Positions 1 through 11,499 of a DNA stretch of 50,944 nucleotides are shown here, piece after piece (position 1 is the first letter of the stretch; each line of letters starts with the position of its first letter). Both the position numbers and the translations under genes were made by a program. The stretch is from Octopus bimaculoides. Lineage: Eukaryota. The stretch lies in contig NC_068992.1 in assembly GCF_001194135.2 (NCBI RefSeq), positions 64,781,442 to 64,832,385 on the forward strand, read 5' to 3'. The notes beneath the pieces are model-generated. The model worked only from the letters and a program-made list of their open reading frames with translations, ran no database searches and was not told the origin of the DNA.

Positions 1-38
<38 letters not shown>
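1..38. repeat. (TA)n microsatellite
   Basis: Seen directly. Confidence 0.97.
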
Positions 39-39
<1 letters not shown>

Positions 40-110
40 ACAAACGGACAAAGCGCAGCGAGTTATTTTGTCCGGGTTGCTAATAATTCTGCCACCTCGG
101 CACCTTCGTA
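38..110 (-). mobile_element. Truncated 5' head of tRNA-derived SINE family B
   Basis: The reverse complement AAGGTGCCGAGGTGGCAGAATTATTAGCAACCCGGACAAAAT resembles the head AAGGCGGTGAGCTGGCAGAATCGTTACCACGCCGGACGAAAT of the copy at 8029. Confidence 0.55.
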
Positions 111-310
111 ATAATAATAACAATAATAATGATGATGATGATGATGATGATGGTGATGATGGTGATGATGATGATGATGGTAACGACGAACAATTATGGT
201 GACGACGACAGCGATAATACTGATGGTGACGATAACGACGGTGATGACAACGGCGATGACGACGACGACGATGACGATGATGGTCGTGGTGGTAGTGGTA
301 GTGGTGGTGG

Positions 311-362
<52 letters not shown>

Positions 363-415
363 GCTGATGACGATGATGACGATGATGACAACAATGATGA
401 TGATGATGACGACAG
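109..415. repeat. Compound trinucleotide tract (ATA/GAT/GAC/GGT)
   Basis: Seen directly; it explains the poly-M/D/I/S ORFs in the track. Confidence 0.95.
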
Positions 416-755
416 TATTTCTCACTGTAACATTTCAGAAAATAAAGTCGAAATCTCTCATAATAAAATTTCTAAAAAAAAAAAAACCAGAATCACTTCC
501 ATCTTTATCGCATTTTAATAAAACTTTAATAACTTTTAAATTACGAAACATTTTAATACAAACGAAGAAAAAAAAAAAAGAAGAGAAAATACAACGATGG
601 GGACAAATATTGAAATTTTCCTACTTAAATATTTTTAAGATGATTTCAAGTTGATGTATTTCCTAACAAAGAAAAGCTTTTAAAACCGCCAACTTTAACA
701 CTACATTTAAATGCAATACAAGTATTTTGAGGCCAACACTTAATAAACTAAGGCT

Positions 756-788
<33 letters not shown>

Positions 789-1620
789 GCACACACATAC
801 NNNNNNNNNNNNNNNNNNNNNNNNNNNNNNNNNNNNNNNNNNNNNNNNNNNNNNNNNNNNNNNNNNNNNNNNNNNNNNNNNNNNNNNNNNNNNNNNNNNN
901 NNNNNNNNNNNNNNNNNNNNNNNNNNNNNNNNNNNNNNNNNNNNNNNNNNNNNNNNNNNNNNNNNNNNNNNNNNNNNNNNNNNNNNNNNNNNNNNNNNNN
1001 NNNNNNNNNNNNNNNNNNNNNNNNNNNNNNNNNNNNNNNNNNNNNNNNNNNNNNNNNNNNNNNNNNNNNNNNNNNNNNNNNNNNNNNNNNNNNNNNNNNN
1101 NNNNNNNNNNNNNNNNNNNNNNNNNNNNNNNNNNNNNNNNNNNNNNNNNNNNNNNNNNNNNNNNNNNNNNNNNNNNNNNNNNNNNNNNNNNNNNNNNNNN
1201 NNNNNNNNNNNNNNNNNNNNNNNNNNNNNNNNNNNNNNNNNNNNNNNNNNNNNNNNNNNNNNNNNNNNNNNNNNNNNNNNNNNNNNNNNNNNNNNNNNNN
1301 NNNNNNNNNNNNNNNNNNNNNNNNNNNNNNNNNNNNNNNNNNNNNNNNNNNNNNNNNNNNNNNNNNNNNNNNNNNNNNNNNNNNNNNNNNNNNNNNNNNN
1401 NNNNNNNNNNNNNNNNNNNNNNNNNNNNNNNNNNNNNNNNNNNNNNNNNNNNNNNNNNNNNNNNNNNNNNNNNNNNNNNNNNNNNNNNNNNNNNNNNNNN
1501 NNNNNNNNNNNNNNNNNNNNNNNNNNNNNNNNNNNNNNNNNNNNNNNNNNNNNNNNNNNNNNNNNNNNNNNNNNNNNNNNNNNNNNNNNNNNNNNNNNNN
1601 NNNNNNNNNNNNNNNNNNNN

Positions 1621-1780
<160 letters not shown>

Positions 1781-1897
1781 TACACAATCTCTTGGTTATA
1801 CTTCTTTTCTGCTCACCCACTTGTAACCGAACTATGCAAGCACGTATACACATGTATATAATTGAATTTAATTTTGTATATAAATATGGATGTGTGT

Positions 1898-2079
1898 ATA
1901 TACATACATACATACATACATACATACATACATACATACATACATACATGCATACATACATAAATACATACATAAAAAATATATATGTACATATATACAT
2001 ACAGACACACATACAAACACACTCACACACATATATAATATATACCCATATTACATATATGTCCATATCAATTGTCTAC

Positions 2080-2150
<71 letters not shown>
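1898..2150. repeat. (TACA)n, (TG)n and (TA)n microsatellite cluster
   Basis: Seen directly. Confidence 0.9.
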
Positions 2151-2153
<3 letters not shown>

Positions 2154-3781
2154 TTACGTATGTATGCATATATTAATATATACATATTAATGTATGAATA
2201 TGTATATATGTGCTTATATATATAGGAATATATATGTATTGAATATAATGGTGTACGTGTGTTTAAATGGTTATAAATGTATCCCGCGATGCATTTTATA
2301 TGTGCGTATATTATATTATATACACACATAATGTGTTTGTGTAACGATGCACGCTCGAATGTGTGTGTGAGTGTGTGTATGCTCCTAAACTCTAGAACTC
2401 ATTCAAACATAGAATTACACAATATTACGCAACTAAATACCCAACTTTACTTTATAGAATTCGCAGCAGTTTCCTTTCATAACTCTTGCCAATATGGAGA
2501 CTCCACACGATTAACAACTTTCGTTTCTTTTTGTGATTCGATGCTTATAGCAGAAAGAACAGCGATTCTATATTCCCAGCTCGTTCTTGATCCAATACTT
2601 ACTTAATAGGATCATTTGGCTTTAGCTAAAGTATTTTCTGGCATTATTTTCATATAAACATTCCAAGGTTTCCTCTTCAATAAGTGAGCCAAAAATTCAT
2701 ATTACACAGTTCGCTTGAGTCTTTATTAATGCTGATAGCTATGTGACACATGATAACTCGGTGGAATTTAGACAATACAGTAAAGGGTGGGACTTGAAAT
2801 CGATATTACATTACGAGTTATATTTTCTAATCACGTGACACAATGTCTTCTAGCATGAATCGTTCGGTAAATACTTAACAGACCGAAACTACGGCACACG
2901 TTTTACTACAAACTGAAAACATTACACCGATGATGTAAAAAGCATAAACACCATGACTTTCTACTTTACTCTAATTTACGAGACTTAAAGGTGAAAACTG
3001 TAAAGTGAATATTAAGTTCCCATCAAACCGAGTTAGCATTGTAGTTTCAGATCCCAATCAGAACTGTTTCATTTATTGTTGATGCCATTGCGTAAAACGT
3101 GGCTACTAAATTTCCCATTTACGCTTCCTTAAAGCATTAAGGTTCATGTTGAAGTGGAGAAAATAACGAGGCACATCTTCAGTTTCCTGCACCTCCCCGA
3201 GTCAATGTGCCATGCCTATAGGCGTCGGCTGTCATGGTGCTCTGTGCAAAAATCTAAAGAATTATTATTTTTTCTTGTGAAAGATGCAGCAGTGGTTTCC
3301 ATTGCTTACTGCAATTCTTATTTACAGTTTAATCTATTAAACGCCAACTCCATCCGACATAACGATTCAGCGAAAGGACTGCTTCATCTGGCAACATGTA
3401 TCACGCAAGTTGCCTGTCTCGTTGTCTGTTCAGACCCTTGGACGGTCTTCTTGCATGATACATGTCTAGGGGTGGAGGGATATGTCCTCTTCCCGTTCGT
3501 TATTTGTCCCATAGCTAGAGCCCTTGATAGGTACTACACACCACACCACACCACACCAAAGCGGACTTAGGAGTAGTGGTATCTAGGACGCAAATCGAAC
3601 CTGTCCTGTACTTTTAAACACTCGAGATCGAGTCTCACCCTCGATGCCGTTTAATGTCTCGCCAAGGGCCATCATAATACTCTAGCAAATTATGTAACAA
3701 AGTGGATATGTTGGGTATATATATATTTTAAAGATTTATTTATGTTCTTTGCAAAATTCAGACTAGTTACTATCAAAGTGT

Positions 3782-4150
3782 GGAGGTGCAATAGCCCAGT
3801 GGTTAGGGCAGCGGACTCGCGGTCGTAGGATCGCGGTTTCAATTCACAGACCGGGCTTTGTGAGCGTTTATTGAGCGAAAACACCTAAAGCCCCACGAGG
3901 CTCCGGCAGGGGCTGGTGGCAAACCCTGCTGTACCCTTTCACCACAACTTTCTCTCACTCTTACTTCCTGTTTCTGTTGTACCTGTATTTCAAAGGGTCA
4001 GCCTTGTCACACTCTGTGTCACGCTGAATCTCCTCGAGAACTACGTGAAGGGTACACGTGTCTGTGGAGTGCTCAGCCACTTGCACGTTCATTTCACGAG
4101 CAGGCTGTTCCGCTGATTGGATCAACTGGGACCCACGTAGCGCCACTATC
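3782..4150 (+). mobile_element. tRNA-derived SINE, family A, near full length (~370 bp)
   Basis: Pol III A-box-like TAGCCCAGTGG and B-box-like GGTTTCAATTC in a tRNA-like head, followed by a ~290-bp GC-richer body. There is no acceptor stem, so it is not a tRNA gene. Confidence 0.8.
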
Positions 4151-4771
4151 AAAGCAACAATTCTTGTTCGCTAAGAATGAAGACAATCCCTGAGATTTGT
4201 GAAGAAAGTCGCAAGTCCGAGGTGAGGCGTGGCTGCTTTCTACTTGATTGTCTATGTTGATCAGCGAGTATTTCGTGACTAGTTTTGACTTTTAATCATC
4301 GTTTACATTTATGTTAGTTGTATTAACCAGGAAACTTTTTAGTCTACCCAGACGTCTAATTCGCCATCTTGATGTCACTTCAGTAGAAAATAGTTACCTA
4401 TATATAGCATTAGCTGCGCCGCTTGGACACCTATTTCAATGAAATTATTAACTAACAAACTCAGCAACGAATTAAGACTGCATGTAACCGAATTAAACTA
4501 CCAATCTAGAAATATCTGATCGATATTTTCTAGACTTATTTCTTATTTGTTAAGTTCTATCTCCACTAGATTTTTTATTGCTTATAAGGTGTCATCATAA
4601 GCCGAAACCAAAATGGTGATAAAATTTCGTTTTCTTCTACCTACATATTTTTTTTATTTTGTCATCGATTAGATTGGCTTTGTTTTTTATTTGTTATCGA
4701 GATTCTTCTTCAATTTTTTCTGCCAATTCTCACACAAACAAAATACTTTCTAAAAATTTTAATCTATCTTA

Positions 4772-4772
4772 A

Positions 4773-4841
<69 letters not shown>

Positions 4842-5069
4842 TGTGTATGTTTGTGTGCCTGTATTTGTCTCTCCACCATCACTTGACAAACCGATGCTGG
4901 TGTGTTTTACGTTCCCGTAAATTAGCAGTTCGGCAAAAGAGACCGATAGAATAAGTACTAGACTTACAAGGAATAAGTCCTGGGTCGATTTGCTCGACTA
5001 AAGACAGTGCTCCAGCATGGCCACTGTAAAATGACTGAAACAAGTAAAGGAATAAAAGAATAGAAGAAT
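4772..5069 (+). mobile_element. SINE family C, 3' half preceded by its internal (TG)n
   Basis: CCACCATCACTTGACAAACCGATGCTGGTGTGTTTTAC matches the - strand of 20432-20477. CGGCAAAAGAGACCGATAGAATAAGTAC matches the - strand near 23610-23640. CCAGCATGGCC..AATGACTGAAACAAGTAAAGG matches 13495-13535. Confidence 0.75.
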
Positions 5070-5072
5070 ATG

Positions 5073-5124
<52 letters not shown>

Positions 5125-6152
5125 TATTTATTCATACATCCATACACTCATACTCATACATACATGCATATATACGCACACACATATATATATACAAATA
5201 TATGTATGTGTTCATATCTGTACACACTCACAAGCACACATACTCACAAACACACACGCACATTCCCAAACTACATCATAAATGCATCTTCAAGCAAAAA
5301 CTGTCTACAACACTTCACAATGAACATGGTTCAGTGCTTTATAAATTGATAGAATGTAAACTTAACTGAATAATGGACGGTTTGCAGGCATATCTCTTTA
5401 ATAAACATGTCACTAAATATTTCTTTATTCACTTAAATCTGCATTACATTAAGCTATATCTCAGTGAATCATGTCCGTTCTATCTCTCGTAGATCTGTTT
5501 TCGTTTTGAAGTTGTTTTTCTTATTTGTATTTAGAGAAACAATTATATTAAGATAACGCTGTAAGTTTTGCTAAAGTTGCATTTATTGAATAACTTTATA
5601 GCGCTAAGTCCACATAAAGTTTAAGAATTTTGAAATTTACGAGGTTTCTCAGTTTGTTCAAATCGCGTGACTTTACTGTCAAGGGTGCATATGTAGTCAG
5701 GAAATATTCAAATATATTCAAATTTGCACTGAATTTTCTGGCTGATGATGTTGCAGTCTATACTCCTGGTGTTGCAGCACGTTCGCAAAAACAATTTTGT
5801 GTCCTTGTGTGGAATATATATATATATATATATATANNNNNNNNNNNNNNNNNNNNNNNNNNNNNNNNNNNNNNNNNNNNNNNNNNNNNNNNNNNNNNNN
5901 NNNNNNNNNNNNNNNNNNNNNNNNNNNNNNNNNNNNNNNNNNNNNNNNNNNNNNNNNNNNNNNNNNNNNNNNNNNNNNNNNNNNNNNNNNNNNNNNNNNN
6001 NNNNNNNNNNNNNNNNNNNNNNNNNNNNNNNNNNNNNNNNNNNNNNNNNNNNNNNNNNNNNNNNNNNNNNNNNNNNNNNNNNNNNNNNNNNNNNNNNNNN
6101 NNNNNNNNNNNNNNNNNNNNNNNNNNNNNNNNNNNNNNNNNNNNNNNNNNNN

Positions 6153-6189
<37 letters not shown>

Positions 6190-6385
6190 GAGAATATACA
6201 AATAATAACAACAGACGAGGACAGGTGGTGTAAATAACAAAAGTATATATTAGTATGACGCTCGGGAATACGGAAAGTCTTTGACGTTTCGAGCTACGCT
6301 CTTCAACAGAAAGAATACGGAGACAAGGAGAAAAACACGGAGAAAAAAAATTGAATAGTGTTCAGTCAACGGTCAATCATAATAT
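6190..6385 (-). mobile_element. Penelope-like element terminal fragment carrying a hammerhead-like motif
   Basis: The - strand reads CTGTTGAAGAGCGTAGCTCGAAACGTC, the CTGNNGA-x-stem-GAAAC signature typical of PLE ends, in a pyrimidine-rich context that runs into (TA)n. Confidence 0.6.
6278..6314 (-). ncRNA. Minimal type I hammerhead ribozyme-like fold, A6-to-U core variant
   Basis: Stem I UCUUU/AAAGA; core CUGUUGA; stem II GAGC-gua-GCUC; GAAA; palindromic ACGU stem III; GUC cleavage triplet. Confidence 0.55.
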
Positions 6386-6469
6386 ATAGCTGGATTCTAT
6401 GTAGGTATGCGAATGATTTTCTTGACCCATTTGCTCCCGTACAGTAGACTTCTCTAGTTATTATCATTG

Positions 6470-6547
6470 TCATTTTTTCGGCGGTTTAAATAAGAGTTTT
6501 GATTCCTATTTCCAGCAGGTAGACATACTCAGTATGTCTTTTGATTA

Positions 6548-6552
<5 letters not shown>
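6470..6552 (-). repeat. Dispersed repeat fragment with a second copy at 44437-44510 (+), related to family E
   Basis: The two copies share TTAATCAAA..ACATACT(G/A)AGTATGTCTACCTGCTGGAAAT..TCAAAACTCTTATTTAAA.CGCC. Confidence 0.7.
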
Positions 6553-6588
<36 letters not shown>

Positions 6589-7254
6589 GGAGCAGGTCTG
6601 CGCGGTGCAAGTGTTAGCCTAGGTGAAAGAATATCTTCGTAAAGATCGGGCTACACTCGTGCAAAAGAAACGAAAGAAAAAGAGAGAGTAACAGTGTCGA
6701 GTCTCACAAGGATGGGAGCATGCGCTGTGGAACTCGCTGACTGACGTTGCTGGAAAAAAATGTCAAGTCTAAATGGAATTCATGGGTCGGATTGGACGAG
6801 ATTTGTGGTGTACATGACTGGGGGGGGGGAGGCGGGATGGGTAGAGAACAATTCAGGAAGGGTTTATTTGAATACATGTCACAGGAGATCTGAATAACAA
6901 ATGTGGAAAATTTGTGAGTGAGAATGCAGCTTACGAAACCGTATCGTATTGACCAAAGGCAGGAATCATAATTCCGAGAGACAGAAAGATTCACTTAGCA
7001 AAGGAAAAGAAGATATTGATATAAATTGAAGACGTGTTTGTAGGAGTTGGTGTTGGGGTTAAAGACCTTAGTTGTCATTGTTGTAGTGGTGGTGGTGGTA
7101 GTAGTAGTGGTGGTGTACCTTTGAACGACTTTACAAATTGGAAAAAGTGTTTACTCTTCGTATGAATGCAGATAGCGGAGGAGTAAATCACTTAGAGCTT
7201 ACAAGCTTTTATTGAAGTAGGAATGGAAACGCCACACAGATACGCACACACGCA

Positions 7255-7323
7255 CACATACACAGACGCGCGCGCGCACACACACACGCTCACACACACA
7301 CGCTCACACACACATATATATAC

Positions 7324-7404
<81 letters not shown>

Positions 7405-7408
7405 TATG

Positions 7409-7439
<31 letters not shown>

Positions 7440-7445
7440 GTGTGT
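7255..7445. repeat. (CA)n/(CG)n/(TA)n/(TG)n compound microsatellite
   Basis: Seen directly. Confidence 0.92.
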
Positions 7446-8028
7446 TCTTGAAAAATAAAAGCTATTTTAAGTAATGTCTAATATATTCTGTATAAATGAT
7501 GGAGTATTGAATTTACTCAATGACATCTGTTTACACGAAATATAAAAACTAAGAGCATAAGAAACATTCAAGAAAATCACTCTTAGATTGAAAAATATCA
7601 AAAATTGAGAATAAATGTTAAAAATATATTCCATCATACAAAGCATATTCAATAGTTAATTTTAAAAAATTATAATGAAATATGTATCTCTTAAATAAAT
7701 TCTCTCTTGAGAATAATTTGGTTTAAGCTAAAAGCATAATTATAGAATATTTCATCATGTTATGTATTACGTTTCTGTCTTCATTGAAGATGGCATTTAC
7801 ATTGAAATCTACGGTGAAAAATATGTCAATTAATTCAATAAATTGGTTAAGTAATTTTCAGCTAAATTAATTAATCAATCAGCTAATTATACCAAGTTAA
7901 GAAAGCTGAGGAAATAAAGAAGACATTGTTTGATACTTAGATAGAGAATCACATTCGAATCATTGTTGTGTCGTTCTTGTGAAACATCGAAGTTGTGGTC
8001 TTCACTGCTAATATCTCAGCACCAGATT

Positions 8029-8250
8029 AAGGCGGTGAGCTGGCAGAATCGTTACCACGCCGGACGAAATGCTTAACAACATTTCAACCGTTTTTACATT
8101 CTGAATTCAAATTCCACCGAAGTCAACTTCGCCTTTCATCCTTTCGGAGAACAATAAACTTACCAGTTGAGCACTGGGGTCAACATAATCGACTTAACCC
8201 CACTCCACTCCAAACTGGTGGCCCTGTGCCAAAATTTCGAAATCATTATC
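8029..8250 (+). mobile_element. tRNA-derived SINE family B, near full length
   Basis: A-box-like GAGCTGGCAGAATCG, B-box-like GAATTCAAATTCC, central GCCTTTCATCCTTTCGG..TACCAGTTGAGCACTGGGGTC and tail GTGCCAAAATTTCGAAATCA. It is colinear with the copies at 35322, 42521 and 18118. Confidence 0.85.
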
Positions 8251-8307
8251 TTAGCACCGGTGGTATCCTATTGCCTTGTCAGATAACGGAATTATCAGAA
8301 ATATAAG

Positions 8308-8350
<43 letters not shown>

Positions 8351-8884
8351 AGTATATATATATATATATGCCTTTATATATTTATATTTATATTTATATA
8401 TTTGATACTTTATATTGAACACTCAATATTTCATCTACATTCAATACTTTATTTCATGGTGCCATCCATTTTTATTTTATTTTATTTTATATTATATATT
8501 GTATATTATATTATATATTCTATATTCCATATTCTATACCCCACATTGGTTCTGCAGGAATATAAATAAAACATAAAAAACAGACAGTGTTGGAACTCTT
8601 TTAAACAAAATAATATATATATATATATATGCACATGTATATAGACACACACACGTATATGTATAGAGTATTCATATATATTTCTGTGTGTATATGTGTA
8701 TACATACATATACATGTATACATACAATATACATACACACCTATATCTTTGTATTTTGTATATGGCAGATGTCTAACATTGCGCTCATAAAAGCTCTAGC
8801 GCTACTTCTTGCTGGTTACCGTGTATTATTCTGAACATGGCAAGTTAACTGTATGGGATTGTTATGTATGCAGTACCCCGTGGA

Positions 8885-9095
8885 GTGTAGGATAAATATA
8901 TTAATAACGAGAAATACTTCATGGATGAAGATTTTATATTTTTATTAATGCATTGCTACATATGTTTCGACGTTACATGTATTCTTACGGGATAACCTCA
9001 CCATATCCATTGGATGTTATTAAATATTATTTATAATAGCCATGAACCATATGGGAGCCCATTAACTCGACGTGCATGCTTCTTCAGACACCAAA
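8885..9095 (-). mobile_element. Possible Penelope-like element 3' end
   Basis: The - strand reads CTGAAGA...CGAAACATATGTA followed by ATTAATAAA, i.e. PLE-type hammerhead halves and a polyadenylation signal. Confidence 0.35.
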
Positions 9096-10259
9096 CACGT
9101 TTTGCACTATTAAACAGAAACTGATAATGATAAAAACAAACTTGTACTCACCATTTTATTTATGAAATTTATCTGTTCATCAGAGAAACGTGGGGGTTTA
9201 AAGTTCTATTCCTATGAGAACTAAATGTCTCCCCCTTAGTACACTATATTTTTTATCCTTCTTTATTTCTTTCTCTCTTCTCCGCATTTCTCAGTTCTTT
9301 TATCCTTCCTGTCGTCAGTCTGCTCCACAGTGGTGTTTGGCATCGAAAAGCATGAGTTTTATGGAAGTTAGAATAAAATACGGATATTGCGGACTTGTTG
9401 ATGTCCTTAAACCTAATGTTTGTGGCGTAAGTGGCAATAGAAATATAGATATGTCCTTCTTCTATCTGATATTCACTCAGTATAAAACATGCGGAATCTA
9501 ACACAGATAATTTTCTTGATTTTAGTTTCTTTAAAAACATCCCCAATCAAAAAGAAAAAAATATATAACGCGAAATGCAACAAGCTCAAAACAAAACAAC
9601 ACAAAACAATAACAAAACAGCAACAAAAATATTCATTAAAGAAAAAAGAAAAAGAAAAAGGAATCGTCCCAATATATTATCTGACTCCCACTTCTAAACG
9701 GGAATTTTTTCTTATTAGCTTGCATATATTATAAAATATATAAGATTACTCGTTGCCAACAAGATGTGACTAATGAATTTTTCTTTAGGATAAGAAATCC
9801 AAAGTTTGGAATAGTTGTTCTTAGTAGAGGAGATGGGATTTATTTACATTAGATCTGAAAAACAATTACAAAACATATTGGAAATGTTCTTGCCAGTATT
9901 GTTAGTCACCGAATCAGTAGATATGAAAATAGTAATAAAAACGGCAAGACAACAACAACAACTACAAAACGCTGAAAAAGTAGAATTATAAGATTTGCAA
10001 CACGGCGACAATGTGGACAGAAAAGCAGCAGAAATAAGAATGAAGATGTGAGTCTAAAAGTTAATTATGTAAATAAGAGCATGAAGGAAGTTTGATTAGC
10101 TATATGCTGCGTTCAGACCAGCAGAACGTGTTGTGGGGGTCACGTTTTCAACCAATGAATGTCTATCGTTGAGGAAACGGGGGACGAAAAATGTAACGCG
10201 AAAATTTTGTGTGGTTACACAAGCGGAGATACATATCCACACATATCCACACATATACA

Positions 10260-10301
<42 letters not shown>

Positions 10302-10619
10302 NNNNNNNNNNNNNNNNNNNNNNNNNNNNNNNNNNNNNNNNNNNNNNNNNNNNNNNNNNNNNNNNNNNNNNNNNNNNNNNNNNNNNNNNNNNNNNNNNNN
10401 NNNNNNNNNNNNNNNNNNNNNNNNNNNNNNNNNNNNNNNNNNNNNNNNNNNNNNNNNNNNNNNNNNNNNNNNNNNNNNNNNNNNNNNNNNNNNNNNNNNN
10501 NNNNNNNNNNNNNNNNNNNNNNNNNNNNNNNNNNNNNNATATATATATATATATGTATGTATGTATATATATATATATGTATATATATATAACTGCATGC
10601 TTGAAAGTATACGTAATTA

Positions 10620-10745
10620 ATTCTTGTGCTGGTACAAAGCCAAACATTTGCAAGAGAGGAGCAATGATCGATTGAATAGATGACAATGTATTCTGAGGAT
10701 TTATTACTTCGACTGCAGACGAAATGTTAAGTCAACGTTGATGAT
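10620..10745 (-). mobile_element. Highly decayed SINE family B fragment
   Basis: GATCGATTGAATAGATGACAATG..ATTTATTACTTCGACTGCAGACGAAATGTTAAGTCAAC weakly aligns to GTCGATTACATCGACCCCAGTG..TTTATCGACCCCGAAAGGGTGAAAGACAAAGTCGACC at 42582-42657. Confidence 0.4.
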
Positions 10746-11499
10746 ATTTCAACTCAAAATAGTAAGTGATTTAACTAAATCCTCTAATTTATTTAGTCAC
10801 TCATTTTTGGCACTTAATCAGGATTAAGAAAGAAGCTTATACTTAGATGCCTGACTTGCTGAATATAGTAGCCAAATCTACTATATTTAAATTTGGAAGA
10901 AACATCAATGTGTCTCTGATTTAAGGTGGCAATGTCGTAGATATATTATTACTCGTATAGTTGTTTGGTAAAAAAATTCAATTGAGAAATGATGGTCATG
11001 TTAACGCTGAAAGAAGACGAAGATTGTTGTTGTATTGCTGGATAGGAGACTGAATATTATAAAATCCTGTTTCATCCATGCTAAAAGACGATATATATTA
11101 CGAAAAGGCTGAAAAATATAACCAACAGAAATTAATGAAAAATCTTACAATGTTGTTACACTTTCACCAAAAAAGTTTAACCGGTAAAGGAATGTGATAA
11201 CAAAGTTTAGAAGCCATTCATGTATCGTAATGTAAATACATTGTGATAGGCAAAATTTACGGCAGTATTCGTCCGGGGGCAATATCTCCTGTGGACGCAC
11301 TGTGTTTAAAACACAGTATATGTATCAGGGGAAGACGAATTCCAGCAGTAAATATGTATTCTTTCGGGACTAAGGGATACACTTCGTCTCTTCTCAGTGA
11401 TTCTCGTCATGACTGATCCTCTAGGCGAGTAAAAATATACAGGCCAATGTATGTGCAGAAATGTGACCATAAAAAAAAACAAAACATAATTCAAATGAC

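Noticed and set aside
2600-2700. Minus-strand EETLECLYENNARKYF resembling an amidohydrolase C-terminus
   Set aside because: The frame is short, bounded by stops, has a weak acceptor, and has no supporting upstream exons.
3782-3856. tRNA gene
   Set aside because: It has A/B-box-like motifs but no acceptor stem, and it continues into a SINE body.
4578-4620. Hammerhead-like GCTTAT..ATAAGC-CGAAAC
   Set aside because: A stem and GAAA are present, but there is no CUGANGA upstream and no valid UH triplet.
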